From a virus (lineage: Duplodnaviria; Caudoviricetes): a DNA stretch of 35,570 bases. Positions 1 through 8,811 of this stretch are shown one piece after another (position 1 is the stretch's first letter; every line of letters begins with the position of its first letter). The stretch lies in the IMG/VR virus record IMGVR_UViG_3300020045_020219, positions 1-35,570 of that record, one strand, 5' to 3'. The notes under the pieces were generated by a model, which was not told where the DNA came from, did not search any database, and saw only the letters and a list, made by a program, of their open reading frames with translations. The position numbers were made by a program, and so were the translations under genes.

Positions 1-1
1 A

Positions 2-149
2 AGTAAGATTCAACTGATTTTGAATAAAAAAAGAAGCTTTATGGTTGAAAATTTACCTTCAAAATAAACTTTCAGGCAAAGAAACAATAGTGGATGCAGA
101 ATTCAGAAAAATATTTTTTGAAGCTCTGCCTCCTTTTGAGGAGTTATAA
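2..149 (+). pseudogene. 5'-partial small hypothetical gene with an apparent frameshift in an A7 run
   Basis: Frame 2 reads SKIQLILNKK; removing one A at 26-32 continues as EALWLKIYLQNK...PPFEEL*, with TAA (147-149) overlapping the next ATG. Confidence 0.4.
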
Positions 150-418
150 TGAATACTTCAGAAATACAAGAGGCGATAAATTTAATTGAAAAATTAAATA
201 ATGAATATTACGAAAAAACTCAAGATGAAGATTTTTTACCTTTCTCTTTTAAAACTAATGGATTTGAATGTTGTATAAAATTTTTAGATTTCTATATTTG
301 GAATTCAGTAGATGATGAAAGAGATCGAAATGATGAAGAAGAATATGAGCCTTTTGAAAATTTTATCAGAAGAAATTCAAACAATTTTTTGAAAAAAATA
401 AAAGGATTTCAATTATGA
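149..418 (+). CDS. hypothetical phage protein (acidic)
   Basis: 89-aa ORF, GAGGAG SD upstream, ATGA overlap with the next gene. Confidence 0.75.
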   Translation: MNTSEIQEAINLIEKLNNEYYEKTQDEDFLPFSFKTNGFECCIKFLDFYIWNSVDDERDRNDEEEYEPFENFIRRNSNNFLKKIKGFQL

Positions 419-981
419 AAAAAGGTGGGGGATCACAAAAAGGCTCTTCTTTTGAACGGGATATTGCAAAGAAACTCTCGCAATGGTGGACGCAAGACCT
501 TGAATCCGAACGAGATGACATTTTCTGGCGCACCTCCGGTTCAGGAGCAAGAGCCACTTCTCGAACAAAAGCTCATAAGAAAACAGCCTATGAATATGGA
601 GATTTGACATTTACCGATCCTATCGGAAAACCTTTCATTGATTGTTTTTTAATTGAGTGTAAATGTGGCTATACTGATGAAATTGATGTCTTAGATTTCT
701 TTCATAGAGAAGACACCTCAATATTATTTCAGTGGTGGGATAAGGCAGTTAAAGAAGCAGAAGAAGCAGGAAGGAAGCATGTCTTATTAATTGTCAAAAG
801 AAATCGTAAACCAGAAGTGTGCTTTATTGATAGAGATTTTGGTTTTAATATACAGATGCTTAATGGCAGATACAATAAAGCAATAAGGTTAATTTCTCTT
901 GATAAAAGAATAGATGTTATTCTTCTTGAAGAGTTTCTAAAAATAAATCCAAAATTAATTGAATTGGTAGATAAAAAATGA
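415..981 (+). CDS. Holliday junction resolvase, Hjc-like PD-(D/E)XK nuclease (copy A)
   Basis: KGSSFERDIAKKL N-terminus, R-x2-SG, GD, IECK catalytic motif, later WW and KRNR motifs. Confidence 0.75.
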   Translation: MKKGGGSQKGSSFERDIAKKLSQWWTQDLESERDDIFWRTSGSGARATSRTKAHKKTAYEYGDLTFTDPIGKPFIDCFLIECKCGYTDEIDVLDFFHREDTSILFQWWDKAVKEAEEAGRKHVLLIVKRNRKPEVCFIDRDFGFNIQMLNGRYNKAIRLISLDKRIDVILLEEFLKINPKLIELVDKK

Positions 982-1172
982 ATTTATCAGATAAAATAGT
1001 TTATGGTTTAATATCAATCATTTTATTTTGTTTTATCTTGATCAATACCTTTGATATTAAATCAGACGAATATTATTTTCAAACTCAAATAAATAACCTT
1101 CAAACTGAAATTGATAATCTTAAACAACAAATTAAAACTAATCATGAAAAGGTAATAATTTCTGAAATTTGA
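978..1172 (+). pseudogene. Truncated paralog of the membrane-anchored 3D-domain protein
   Basis: TM segment plus coiled coil matching 1450-1917 up to EKVIIS, then stop; 3D domain missing. Confidence 0.7.
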
Positions 1173-1240
1173 ACTTCAGAGGCTTCTGGAGGGATGACTT
1201 TGCTTTTGAAAATCTCCCATTGTTCTTGGATTGTGTTCAT
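1142..1240 (-). pseudogene. Probable truncated small phage gene (MNTIQEQWEIFKSKVIPPEASEVQISE|IITFS)
   Basis: Not in the ORF track; begins just after 1247-1447 and runs head-on into the inverted copy at about 1158-1168. Confidence 0.5.
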
Positions 1241-1246
1241 GATTTA

Positions 1247-1447
1247 TTATATAAGATTTTCTGGATTTGCATTGATAAAATTTAAAAATTTTTGTTTATT
1301 TATTTTCCAACGACCGGCAAGTTTTTTGCCAAGACTATATCGAATTGTCCAGTCTCTTATAGCAAACCATGAGATTTTTCCTAACCCATTATCTTGATAT
1401 AATTTAATTGCTTCAGAGGAAGAAATAAATTCATCTTTCTTTTCCAT
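1247..1447 (-). CDS. small winged-helix DNA-binding protein (excisionase/MerR-like)
   Basis: ISSSEA...AIRDW....LGKKLAGRWKI pattern. Confidence 0.6.
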   Translation of the reverse strand: MEKKDEFISSSEAIKLYQDNGLGKISWFAIRDWTIRYSLGKKLAGRWKINKQKFLNFINANPENLI

Positions 1448-1449
1448 AT

Positions 1450-1917
1450 TTACTCCAAGACAATCGCCAACACATCATCTTTAACTCCGAACTTTTTTGC
1501 GCTGGCTAATGTCGGATGACAGATATCGATTCTTTTGCCTTTAATTTTTGTATGCATTCTATCTGTTGCTTTGCCAACTCCCCATCCATCAATATAAATT
1601 TTCTTGCCTAACCAGCCTTGTTCAATTAGTTCAGAGGATAAAGCTAATGTCCAGCCAGATATAGGTTTGACCATTGTTGCTGTTGAATCAGGAGTATTAT
1701 CAGAATTAATACCTTTAGATTTTGGATGATAAGCAGAAATTATTACCTTTTCGTGGTTGGTTTTAATCTGTTGTTTAAGATTATCAACTTCAGTTTGGAG
1801 GTTATCTATTTGAGTTTGTTGAAAAACAAAAGTAGCTTTAATTCCTTTTATAAAACCTAAATTCATCCCAAATAAGGCAGTTAATAAAAGAACAAAGATT
1901 ATGGAAGAGACTTTCAT
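1450..1917 (-). CDS. membrane-anchored 3D-domain (MltA-like) protein, putative cell-wall enzyme
   Basis: N-terminal hydrophobic helix, coiled coil, SAY, TATM, IYIDGWG...DR, RIDI, A.KFG motifs. Confidence 0.7.
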   Translation of the reverse strand: MKVSSIIFVLLLTALFGMNLGFIKGIKATFVFQQTQIDNLQTEVDNLKQQIKTNHEKVIISAYHPKSKGINSDNTPDSTATMVKPISGWTLALSSELIEQGWLGKKIYIDGWGVGKATDRMHTKIKGKRIDICHPTLASAKKFGVKDDVLAIVLE

Positions 1918-2480
1918 TTTTTATCTACCAATTCAATTAATTTTGGATTTATTTTTAGAAACTCTTCAAGAAGAATAACATCTATTCTTTTATCAAGAGA
2001 AATTAATCTTATCGCCTTATTGTACCTGCCATTGAGCATCTGTATATTAAAACCAAAATCCCTATCAATAAAACAGACTTCTGGTTTGCGATTTCTTTTG
2101 ACAATTAATAAGACATGCTTCCTTCCTGCTTCTTCTGCTTCTTTAACTGCCTTATCCCACCACTGAAATAATATTGAAGTATCTTCTCTATGGAAAAAAT
2201 CTAATACATCAATTTCATCAGTATAGCCACATTTACACTCAATTAAAAAACAATCGATGAAAGGTTTTCCAATAGGATCGGTAAATGTTAAATCTCCATA
2301 TTCATAAGCTGTTTTCTTATGAGCTTTTGTTCGGGAAGTGGCTCTTGCTCCTGAACCGGAGGTACGCCAAAAAATGTCATCTCGTTCGGATTCAAGGTCT
2401 TGCATCCACCATTGCGAGAGTTTCTTTGCAATATCCCGTTCAAAAGAAGAGCCTTTTTGTGAACCTCCGCCTTTTTTCAT
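1914..2480 (-). CDS. Holliday junction resolvase, Hjc-like PD-(D/E)XK nuclease (copy B)
   Basis: 187/188 aa identical to copy A; start at 2480 by alignment. Confidence 0.75.
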   Translation of the reverse strand: MKKGGGSQKGSSFERDIAKKLSQWWMQDLESERDDIFWRTSGSGARATSRTKAHKKTAYEYGDLTFTDPIGKPFIDCFLIECKCGYTDEIDVLDFFHREDTSILFQWWDKAVKEAEEAGRKHVLLIVKRNRKPEVCFIDRDFGFNIQMLNGRYNKAIRLISLDKRIDVILLEEFLKINPKLIELVDKK

Positions 2481-2731
2481 TATAACTCTCTCCAAAGAGT
2501 ATTTTTTGTTGCAACATCATAAAGAGGGCATACATTACAATCAGCAGAGCCTTTCAATGAACATCCATCACAGAAATTGGTTATTGCTCCTTCATAATCA
2601 TTGCAACGATTTTCAATTTCAATTGATTCGGCTATGAGTTTCTTGTGTTTCTTTTCAAGATCATTATATCTTTTTTCTGCTGATTCTGATCTTGACTTCA
2701 TTAGATTTATTGGATTTGTTCCTTTTGCCAT
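2480..2731 (-). CDS. hypothetical coiled-coil protein with Cys cluster
   Basis: 83 aa, AGGAG SD, CxxC...CxxC. Confidence 0.7.
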   Translation of the reverse strand: MAKGTNPINLMKSRSESAEKRYNDLEKKHKKLIAESIEIENRCNDYEGAITNFCDGCSLKGSADCNVCPLYDVATKNTLWREL

Positions 2732-2755
2732 TTTAAATTTCTCCTTTGTTAAATG

Positions 2756-2947
2756 TTAAAAATCTAATTGTCCATTAATTATCTTTGAACTTTCTTCTTC
2801 TGTTAATCTTCTTCCAGGACAATTCTTTGGAAGGGAAGCTTCAGCCCCTCCGCAAACTTTACATAAAGCAAGAACAACCTCTCCATTACAATCGCAAATA
2901 ACTAGAGATCTGTCTTTATCTTCTGTTTTCCATAAAATATGTTCCAT
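2756..2947 (-). CDS. small Cys-rich hypothetical protein
   Basis: 63 aa, CKVCGGAE.SLP..CPG; ends in QLDF. Confidence 0.7.
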   Translation of the reverse strand: MEHILWKTEDKDRSLVICDCNGEVVLALCKVCGGAEASLPKNCPGRRLTEEESSKIINGQLDF

Positions 2948-4138
2948 TTAAAACCTTCTTTTTCTATCTTTCAATCGAATTCCATCTTCAATCTCTCTCC
3001 AAACTTTTCCTACAATTGCTTGAACTTCTCTTTCAGCATTTTCTGCTTCAATTGCTTTAATTAAATTTTCACGGAACATCTTCTCTCCATTTTCTAAAAA
3101 TCCTGGGGCAACCATATGAGGACCTTCCACATACCATTCTTCTGTTGTCTTTAAGAATTCGATACAGGAATCAATATCGTCAATCCCATAATCTTCATAA
3201 ATTTTAAATTCTATTCCTGACTTTCTTTTCTTTCCGTTCCATTTATTCTTGACTATTTCTCCTCTTGTTATGCCGCCTATTCGATGCTTGATTTTTCTAT
3301 GTTCATCTTTAATGGCAGCTCCGGTGTCAAGAAATAACCTATGATAAGAATAGAAAAAAGGAGCTTCTCCTCCGGTTGTTGTCCAATCAGGCGCTCCGAA
3401 TACTGGCATACCAGCAGGAGCAATATATTGCTTTGTCTGTTGGATAATAAATAATAGGCTTTTTGATTTTTTAATATACCCATTTACAAGTCTCAATACT
3501 TCTGAAATCTTTCTTGCCTTTTCAGTTCCATAGGATTTCTGAATCTCTTTTAATGTTTCAGAATCCTTGGTATTTTTTAAAGCATTTTTCCACTCCCTCT
3601 CTATTTCTGCTGACGATGTTAAAGAGTCTAAACTGTCAAGAACATAAATGAAAGGTTGTTTAGACTTCTTGCATAAAGTAAGAATATTTGCCTCAAAGTC
3701 TTCAATAGAATTGCTGTAAACAGGGACTTCTCCATCATATCTTGGAGCCTTCAATCTATCAACAAGAACAGGGAAAAGATATTCAAGATTAAAAGAATTG
3801 GAATGTTCTGCATCATCATCAATCAATATATAATCATTAAATCTTTTATCAGCAGCGGTCATCGCTAACATCGTCATCATCAATTCTGTCTTGCCTGAAG
3901 AGCTTCTCCCTGGAACTGTATTGATTGTTCCTGGGATAAAAGCCCCATAAGGATTATCTGTACAACCGCAATTGATCAAAGTGACTCCCGAAGGAATAAA
4001 CATTTCTTCGGTTATTCCTTCTTTTTCAGGGCCAATAATTTCTTCTGCTTGAATAGGTTTATCATTAACGGAATTTTCTATCTGCTCTTGTAGGGTTGGA
4101 TTTTCAGTTTTTCTTGTTCTTTTAATTTCTTGAGTCAT
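2948..4138 (-). CDS. recA: RecA/UvsX-like recombinase
   Basis: IPSG, Walker A GRSSSGKT, DAEH, Walker B YVLDS, TTGG.A..FY, VKNK, YGID; start at 4138 (ATGA overlap). Confidence 0.9.
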   Translation of the reverse strand: MTQEIKRTRKTENPTLQEQIENSVNDKPIQAEEIIGPEKEGITEEMFIPSGVTLINCGCTDNPYGAFIPGTINTVPGRSSSGKTELMMTMLAMTAADKRFNDYILIDDDAEHSNSFNLEYLFPVLVDRLKAPRYDGEVPVYSNSIEDFEANILTLCKKSKQPFIYVLDSLDSLTSSAEIEREWKNALKNTKDSETLKEIQKSYGTEKARKISEVLRLVNGYIKKSKSLLFIIQQTKQYIAPAGMPVFGAPDWTTTGGEAPFFYSYHRLFLDTGAAIKDEHRKIKHRIGGITRGEIVKNKWNGKKRKSGIEFKIYEDYGIDDIDSCIEFLKTTEEWYVEGPHMVAPGFLENGEKMFRENLIKAIEAENAEREVQAIVGKVWREIEDGIRLKDRKRRF

Positions 4139-4368
4139 TTGGAAGTAAAGCTCCATTCTAAAATTTTTATTTTCTTTATTTTTTCAAATTCAGCGCCTTG
4201 ATCAGACTTTTCTGATTCTAATATTATATAACCAATATCTCCAAAAATTTTATTAATCTGTTCTTTGAATAGGTAAATGCTCTCGTTTAAAGTAACAATT
4301 CCATCTTCGAAATACCCTATAATATTTTCAAAAGAAATGTCATGATTTAATACAATTGGAATTTTCAT
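4135..4368 (-). CDS. hypothetical protein
   Basis: 77-aa ORF with AAGGA SD, coupled to recA. Confidence 0.65.
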   Translation of the reverse strand: MKIPIVLNHDISFENIIGYFEDGIVTLNESIYLFKEQINKIFGDIGYIILESEKSDQGAEFEKIKKIKILEWSFTSK

Positions 4369-4378
4369 ATTTTTCCTT

Positions 4379-5299
4379 TTATCCAAATATTTTATCAATT
4401 ACAGAAATAAGATATGGAGTTGTAACTTTAAATTCTTGATCCGTTTTCATCCTTTCCTGACAATAATCGATTACTTGATGAAAATAAGCTGCGTCAACTC
4501 CTGTTAATTGGTCTTCTAAAACTTTAACATTGGTAAGATCAAGTTCAGAAATTTGCATGAGCATTTTTAATATCTGTCCGGCATTGATATACCAACCTCT
4601 TTTGAGAAACTTCCTCATTCTAATTACTGAGCAAAGAGGATATAGACTTCCTTGATAATATAAAGTTTTTGTTAATATACTTTCAAGAGCATCTTTATTT
4701 AAAGATAGTTGATTATTTGAAGATTCCCAATAATTACAACAATGGATATAATCATAATTTTTATGAATCTCTTCTGGTTCTCCATAAAATCTAATTACTA
4801 TTTGTATTTTGCCAGAGAGGGTAATCGCATTTGAGGACATAAATACTGGATTAAATTCAGGCTTTATTTCATCCAAACACTCTGAATTAGTCTCATCAGC
4901 AATAGAAGTAACTTTTTCTAGCCAATCATTGCCTACTTCATCAGGAAATTGTTCAAAATATTTATATCCAGAATCTCCATTTACTGAAGATATTCCTGAA
5001 GATTGAACTTTAATTTTAACTCTTTCTCCATCTTCATAAATTTTCGGAGGAATTTGTAAATTTGGATTAATTCCATTGAAACGATCTACATAATAATTTG
5101 CTACAGCCAGTACAGTTTCTTTATTTTTAAAATAAATATCATAATCTTTTACTGGCTCCCCAAGTAATAATGAAACAATAGAACCTCCGGTAATAATCCC
5201 ATTTTGCTCTGCAAGTTTTCTCACTTCTGGAAGCTCAATAGAATCAAGCCATCTTTCATATTTTTGTTTCAAAATTTTCTTGATAATTGATCTATTCAT
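4379..5299 (-). CDS. Pol-beta superfamily nucleotidyltransferase
   Basis: ITGGSI.S.....VKDYDIYF (GG...DxD), later QI, yD...C and R..KF..RGW. Confidence 0.7.
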   Translation of the reverse strand: MNRSIIKKILKQKYERWLDSIELPEVRKLAEQNGIITGGSIVSLLLGEPVKDYDIYFKNKETVLAVANYYVDRFNGINPNLQIPPKIYEDGERVKIKVQSSGISSVNGDSGYKYFEQFPDEVGNDWLEKVTSIADETNSECLDEIKPEFNPVFMSSNAITLSGKIQIVIRFYGEPEEIHKNYDYIHCCNYWESSNNQLSLNKDALESILTKTLYYQGSLYPLCSVIRMRKFLKRGWYINAGQILKMLMQISELDLTNVKVLEDQLTGVDAAYFHQVIDYCQERMKTDQEFKVTTPYLISVIDKIFG

Positions 5300-5316
5300 A
5301 TTTTTCCTTTTTTATT

Positions 5317-5405
5317 AATAATGCGGATAATGATTAAATCGGCTTGATCTAACTGCCTTGCCGCTCTATAATCCGGTATTGCATTGTTTTATTATCCGCA
5401 TTATT
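5317..5405 (-). other. Structured intergenic element closed by a 15-bp perfect inverted repeat
   Basis: AATAATGCGGATAAT (5317-5331) / ATTATCCGCATTATT (5391-5405) around 59 nt with an inner GATTA..CGGC/GCCG..TAATC stem. Confidence 0.6.
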
Positions 5406-5409
5406 CTTT

Positions 5410-6669
5410 TTATCTCCTTCTTACTCTTGGCTGAACTGGCTGAGTTTGAACAGGAGCTGCCTGAGTAGGTTTTGCTTCTTCCCAAGGAGGAGGAGGATCA
5501 GCTTCAGGTTTAACTTCTTTCTTTTCTTCAACAACAGAAGTTCTTGAGCCTGAGTTTATTTTATTAAAAGCTTTCATACATTCGTTGAACATTGCTTCTT
5601 CACAAGAATTTACTGTTTTGCCTTCACACTCTGGAGCTGTTGAATTAAACTCAACTCCGAATTTTCTGCCTGCCGGACATACTGGCCCAGCAACCTCAAC
5701 AACCTTTTCTGGCGCTGTATCAAAATTCCTTGTTCTTCCGCTTCTTACCAAATCACCAACTGTTGTTTTAATTTCTTCTTTCTTAACTTCTTCAACATGC
5801 TGAACCTGTGCTGGAGGCTGCTCAACAGACTTTGTTTCAGGAAGTTTTGTCTCAGTATGATCTGATGAATTTGCGTCTAACCCAAAATAAGAGTTTTTCA
5901 TCTCTTCAAACGATGCTCTTACAACCATCATATCCAGAGGGAATACCTGCTGAAGAATAGATTCCGGATATGGTTCGCGATCTTCAAACTTAATACTATC
6001 TACTTCAGCCCATTCTGCTTTATCAAGAGTTCTTTTCTTGAACGTCGCAACTATTGTTTTACCTTCCTGCAAATCTGCAAAAATTATTGGGCCAGAAGGG
6101 TCAAGAATAGCAGCATCCATAAGATTACATCTTTGAAGATCGTTTTTTCCAGTGCTTTCAAACATGTAATAAGAAATCTCAAATAGTTGAATTCCTTTGG
6201 AAGTATCGTCATAATCATAAACATTGTAAAAGCTTCTCCAAGAAGGCCTGAGTTTAGATGCTTTATCTTTGTCTCCAGCTTTGTAAGCCTCAAACATTTC
6301 ATCACAGATAGGGCATCCGTCCCCAAACGCTTCACGAGGACAGAGAAAAATATCGTTATTTATTCCGACATTTTTATGGACAGGAATTGTCAATCCTTGA
6401 TCAATCATCCCTGGCATTAGCCCATTTACTCTACCAGTTGGCATCCTCAACTTTGAATACCATTCCTGGGTGATAACAAAAGGAAGAATATCAAAAGCAT
6501 TTTCTCCTTTGTCTTTATACTTTGGCATCCACATGTTTACAGTTTTCCCAACAGCCTTTGAAAAATCAAGGGCAGCTTTCCTTCCAAGGCCTGTTTTCCC
6601 TTTGTCGGCCTGTTGCTGCCTCATTTTGTTGAGCATCATTTGGCGATAATTAGTGTCCATCTTTCTCAT
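5410..6669 (-). CDS. single-stranded DNA-binding protein (gp32-like) with Cys-rich C-terminal domain
   Basis: FDILP, VH...CP....CPIC, R.FYNVYD, F.D...GK.I; next to UvsY-like and RecA genes. Confidence 0.7.
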   Translation of the reverse strand: MRKMDTNYRQMMLNKMRQQQADKGKTGLGRKAALDFSKAVGKTVNMWMPKYKDKGENAFDILPFVITQEWYSKLRMPTGRVNGLMPGMIDQGLTIPVHKNVGINNDIFLCPREAFGDGCPICDEMFEAYKAGDKDKASKLRPSWRSFYNVYDYDDTSKGIQLFEISYYMFESTGKNDLQRCNLMDAAILDPSGPIIFADLQEGKTIVATFKKRTLDKAEWAEVDSIKFEDREPYPESILQQVFPLDMMVVRASFEEMKNSYFGLDANSSDHTETKLPETKSVEQPPAQVQHVEEVKKEEIKTTVGDLVRSGRTRNFDTAPEKVVEVAGPVCPAGRKFGVEFNSTAPECEGKTVNSCEEAMFNECMKAFNKINSGSRTSVVEEKKEVKPEADPPPPWEEAKPTQAAPVQTQPVQPRVRRR

Positions 6670-6784
6670 ACTCCTTTTTCTTTTTGAAAAAATAATTGAT
6701 TAATATTTTACCTGGAACTGAAACTATGATACAAAATACTATCAAAATGCATAATCCAATTCCAATTGCAACAAAACTATTCAT
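6650..6784 (-). CDS. small single-TM protein (44 aa)
   Basis: Not in the track; MNSFVAIGIGLCILIVFCIIVSV..., GAGGA SD, fills the gap. Confidence 0.5.
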   Translation of the reverse strand: MNSFVAIGIGLCILIVFCIIVSVPGKILINYFFKKKKEYEKDGH

Positions 6785-7382
6785 TTTGTCCTCTTCTAGT
6801 TCTTTGTAAAGCCTGTTTCATTTCGATTGTATTTTCGTCCCTTTTTGCAATTGTTGCTTGAGGAAAATTTTCTATCAAAGGTCTTGGAAGATCAGGGACT
6901 GAAAAATAATTTCTTGTCCAAAGAATAACAGTATTTTCCAAAGAACTTTTTCTTTCCTCTACCATTTTTGTGGCAGCATAATACATCCTGAATTTGTTAT
7001 TTGCTTCAATTAATTCTTCCTGAGCTTTTTCATAATCCTGCTTTGCTTTTGAACAAGCTGCGTCTTTATCCATATTGATAAGCATTAAAGCAGAAATAGT
7101 TCCTTCTGTAGCTTTTTCAATTCCTGGATCAAAACTTTTTGGATCTTTTCTGATCTTTAATTCAAGAATTGCTTTTTCTTTGTCAAATAACGCCTTTGTG
7201 ATTTCTACTTTCTTCTTTGCTGCATCAAGATTATTTTCTGATTGAGCTCGAAGCTTATAATAACTTCCAACTAAATCAGATTGTCTCAGCCATTCATGAT
7301 GCAGATTATGTACATCAATATTCTTATCTGCTTCATAATTTACTTTTGATTCATCAATTAAAGTCAATATTGTTTCTGGCAT
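6777..7382 (-). CDS. UvsY-like recombination mediator (helical coiled-coil)
   Basis: ID..NL..EW.RQ N-terminus, K.TE..I, helical; between loader and SSB. Confidence 0.55.
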   Translation of the reverse strand: MPETILTLIDESKVNYEADKNIDVHNLHHEWLRQSDLVGSYYKLRAQSENNLDAAKKKVEITKALFDKEKAILELKIRKDPKSFDPGIEKATEGTISALMLINMDKDAACSKAKQDYEKAQEELIEANNKFRMYYAATKMVEERKSSLENTVILWTRNYFSVPDLPRPLIENFPQATIAKRDENTIEMKQALQRTRRGQNE

Positions 7383-7397
7383 TTATTTCCTCTCTTT

Positions 7398-7410
7398 TAT
7401 TATATAAAAA
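7398..7410 (-). promoter_or_regulatory. Repeated promoter-like motif TTTTTATATAATA (copy 1)
   Basis: Exact intergenic 13-mer, also at 8799, 15042 and 25276; no consensus -35 at the copies checked. Confidence 0.6.
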
Positions 7411-7417
7411 TTTGAAT

Positions 7418-8347
7418 TTATCCTGAACACATATTACATAATTTATAACAAGTCATAATGAACCCATTTTTCCCTGCATTGAAGAGAGGATTTTTAAACT
7501 CTTCAAAAATCAATCCTGCCATAAGGTTATCTTCTCTCATAACTGTAGACGCGCATAAACCAATTAAGCCGACCCGAACGCTCTCGTGGTTAGCCAAGTC
7601 CATACTTTGAAGGATAGTCTTAATCTGCACCCATTTTTGCCCCGATAATAGGGCTTTAAAAAGATCAAGAGTGTTTTTTTCAGATGAACGGAAATCTTGG
7701 ACAGAAGCTTCCATTTTATCCAAAGGCATATCTATGATTTGATCAAGAATAACTAATGCCTGTCTTGGACACCCATCAGAAACTTTGGCAATTAATTTTA
7801 TGATATTTTCAGGAATATCATTTACATTTTCTTTTTCAAGAACCCAATTCAATAGTTTGACTATCCCTCTCTCTCCTAACGATTGAACTTCAAATTGAGC
7901 ACATCTATTTCTGATTGTTTTGATAAGCTTTTCAGGGTCAGTTGTGCAAAGGATAAAGTATACATGAGCCGGAGGCTCTTCAAGGGCTTTCAATAAGGCG
8001 TTGGCTGCATCTCCGGTTAGCATATGGCACTCGTCAAGGAGGAATACCCTTGATTTACTCCCAGGAGTTTGAGGTTTATATTTCATATTGTCAATGATAT
8101 TTCTTACTGCATCAATGCCTCTTGTGCTTGAAGCATTGATTTCGACATAATCAGTTCCAAGGCAACCTAATCTATCTTTTACGATCCTGCCTAATGTAGT
8201 CTTACCACAACCACTTGGACCTGAAAAAAGATAAGAATGAGGCCAATCTTTTTCTCTGTCGAAGATAGCTTTTAGTGAACCGACTATAGATTCGTTACCG
8301 ATAATTTCATCTAAATTTTTTGGTCGGTAATCTACCATAAGAGTCAT
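7418..8347 (-). CDS. dnaX: DNA polymerase III gamma/tau-like clamp-loader ATPase
   Basis: YRPKNLDEIIG, GPSGCGKTT, LLDECHML, NALLKALEEPP, TIRNRC, G.PR.A; SD AGGAG before 8347. Confidence 0.92.
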   Translation of the reverse strand: MTLMVDYRPKNLDEIIGNESIVGSLKAIFDREKDWPHSYLFSGPSGCGKTTLGRIVKDRLGCLGTDYVEINASSTRGIDAVRNIIDNMKYKPQTPGSKSRVFLLDECHMLTGDAANALLKALEEPPAHVYFILCTTDPEKLIKTIRNRCAQFEVQSLGERGIVKLLNWVLEKENVNDIPENIIKLIAKVSDGCPRQALVILDQIIDMPLDKMEASVQDFRSSEKNTLDLFKALLSGQKWVQIKTILQSMDLANHESVRVGLIGLCASTVMREDNLMAGLIFEEFKNPLFNAGKNGFIMTCYKLCNMCSG

Positions 8348-8360
8348 GTTAAATCTCCTT

Positions 8361-8540
8361 TTAAAAATACATATCCACAATATTCAGAATTTCATTTGCT
8401 TCTGAGATATTTTGTTTAATTACTTGTTTTTGTAATTCAAGTTGGTCTTCTGAATAAGTCACCTTTGGTTTTAAAATATTATTTGCTTTTTCTTTTATTA
8501 ATTTTAATGTTGAAAAAGGGATTTGTTTATAAGCTTCCAT
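8361..8540 (-). CDS. hypothetical protein (59 aa)
   Basis: Not in the track; AAGGAG SD, MEAYKQIPF..., fills the gap. Confidence 0.65.
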   Translation of the reverse strand: MEAYKQIPFSTLKLIKEKANNILKPKVTYSEDQLELQKQVIKQNISEANEILNIVDMYF

Positions 8541-8553
8541 TATTTTCTCCTTA

Positions 8554-8781
8554 TTATATTAATCCTTTATTCTCTGCCAACCAGTCTGGAATTTCAACAT
8601 CAATTAAATCTCCCTGTGAATAATCTGTATTTGTATCAAAGGAGATTTGAGATTTAGGGAGCCAAATTTTGTCATCATCTCTATAATTCATATTAGAATC
8701 ACAGGAATCTAACGGAACAATAAGAATTGCAGCATCAGTTTCAAAGATAAATATTGCTTCATAAGTTTGCCATTCTTCCAT
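8554..8781 (-). CDS. small acidic phage protein
   Basis: ET.AAILI...IWLPKSQI...IPDWLA.KGL; AAGGAG SD. Confidence 0.8.
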   Translation of the reverse strand: MEEWQTYEAIFIFETDAAILIVPLDSCDSNMNYRDDDKIWLPKSQISFDTNTDYSQGDLIDVEIPDWLAENKGLI

Positions 8782-8798
8782 GCTAATTCTCCTTGACT

Positions 8799-8811
8799 TA
8801 TTATATAAAAA
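8799..8811 (-). promoter_or_regulatory. Repeated promoter-like motif (copy 2)
   Basis: Exact TTTTTATATAATA, flanked by a short CTTGA/TCAAG inverted repeat. Confidence 0.6.

Larger units (their letters stand above)
415..2480. repeat. Inverted duplication: 415-981 vs 1914-2480 (567 nt) and 1080-1164 vs 1734-1818 (85 nt)
   Basis: Manual codon comparison: about 24 synonymous and 1 non-synonymous (T26M) differences in the 567-nt arm; the second arm encodes QTQI.NLQTE.DNLKQQIKTNHEKVIIS in both. Confidence 0.95.

Noticed and set aside
26-32. Programmed frameshift at the A7 run
   Set aside because: A homopolymer error or decay at the window edge is simpler, and no stimulatory structure is evident.
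415-2480. Diversity-generating retroelement template/variable repeat pair
   Set aside because: Differences are third-position synonymous, not adenine-specific, and no reverse transcriptase is present.
366-2637. ORFs 366-557, 413-610, 425-607, 1194-1397, 2285-2485, 2338-2637
   Set aside because: Shadow frames of real genes; their mutual similarity only reflects the inverted duplication.
2756-2770. C-terminal QLDF as a host clamp-binding motif
   Set aside because: Single short match in a tiny unknown protein; could easily be chance.
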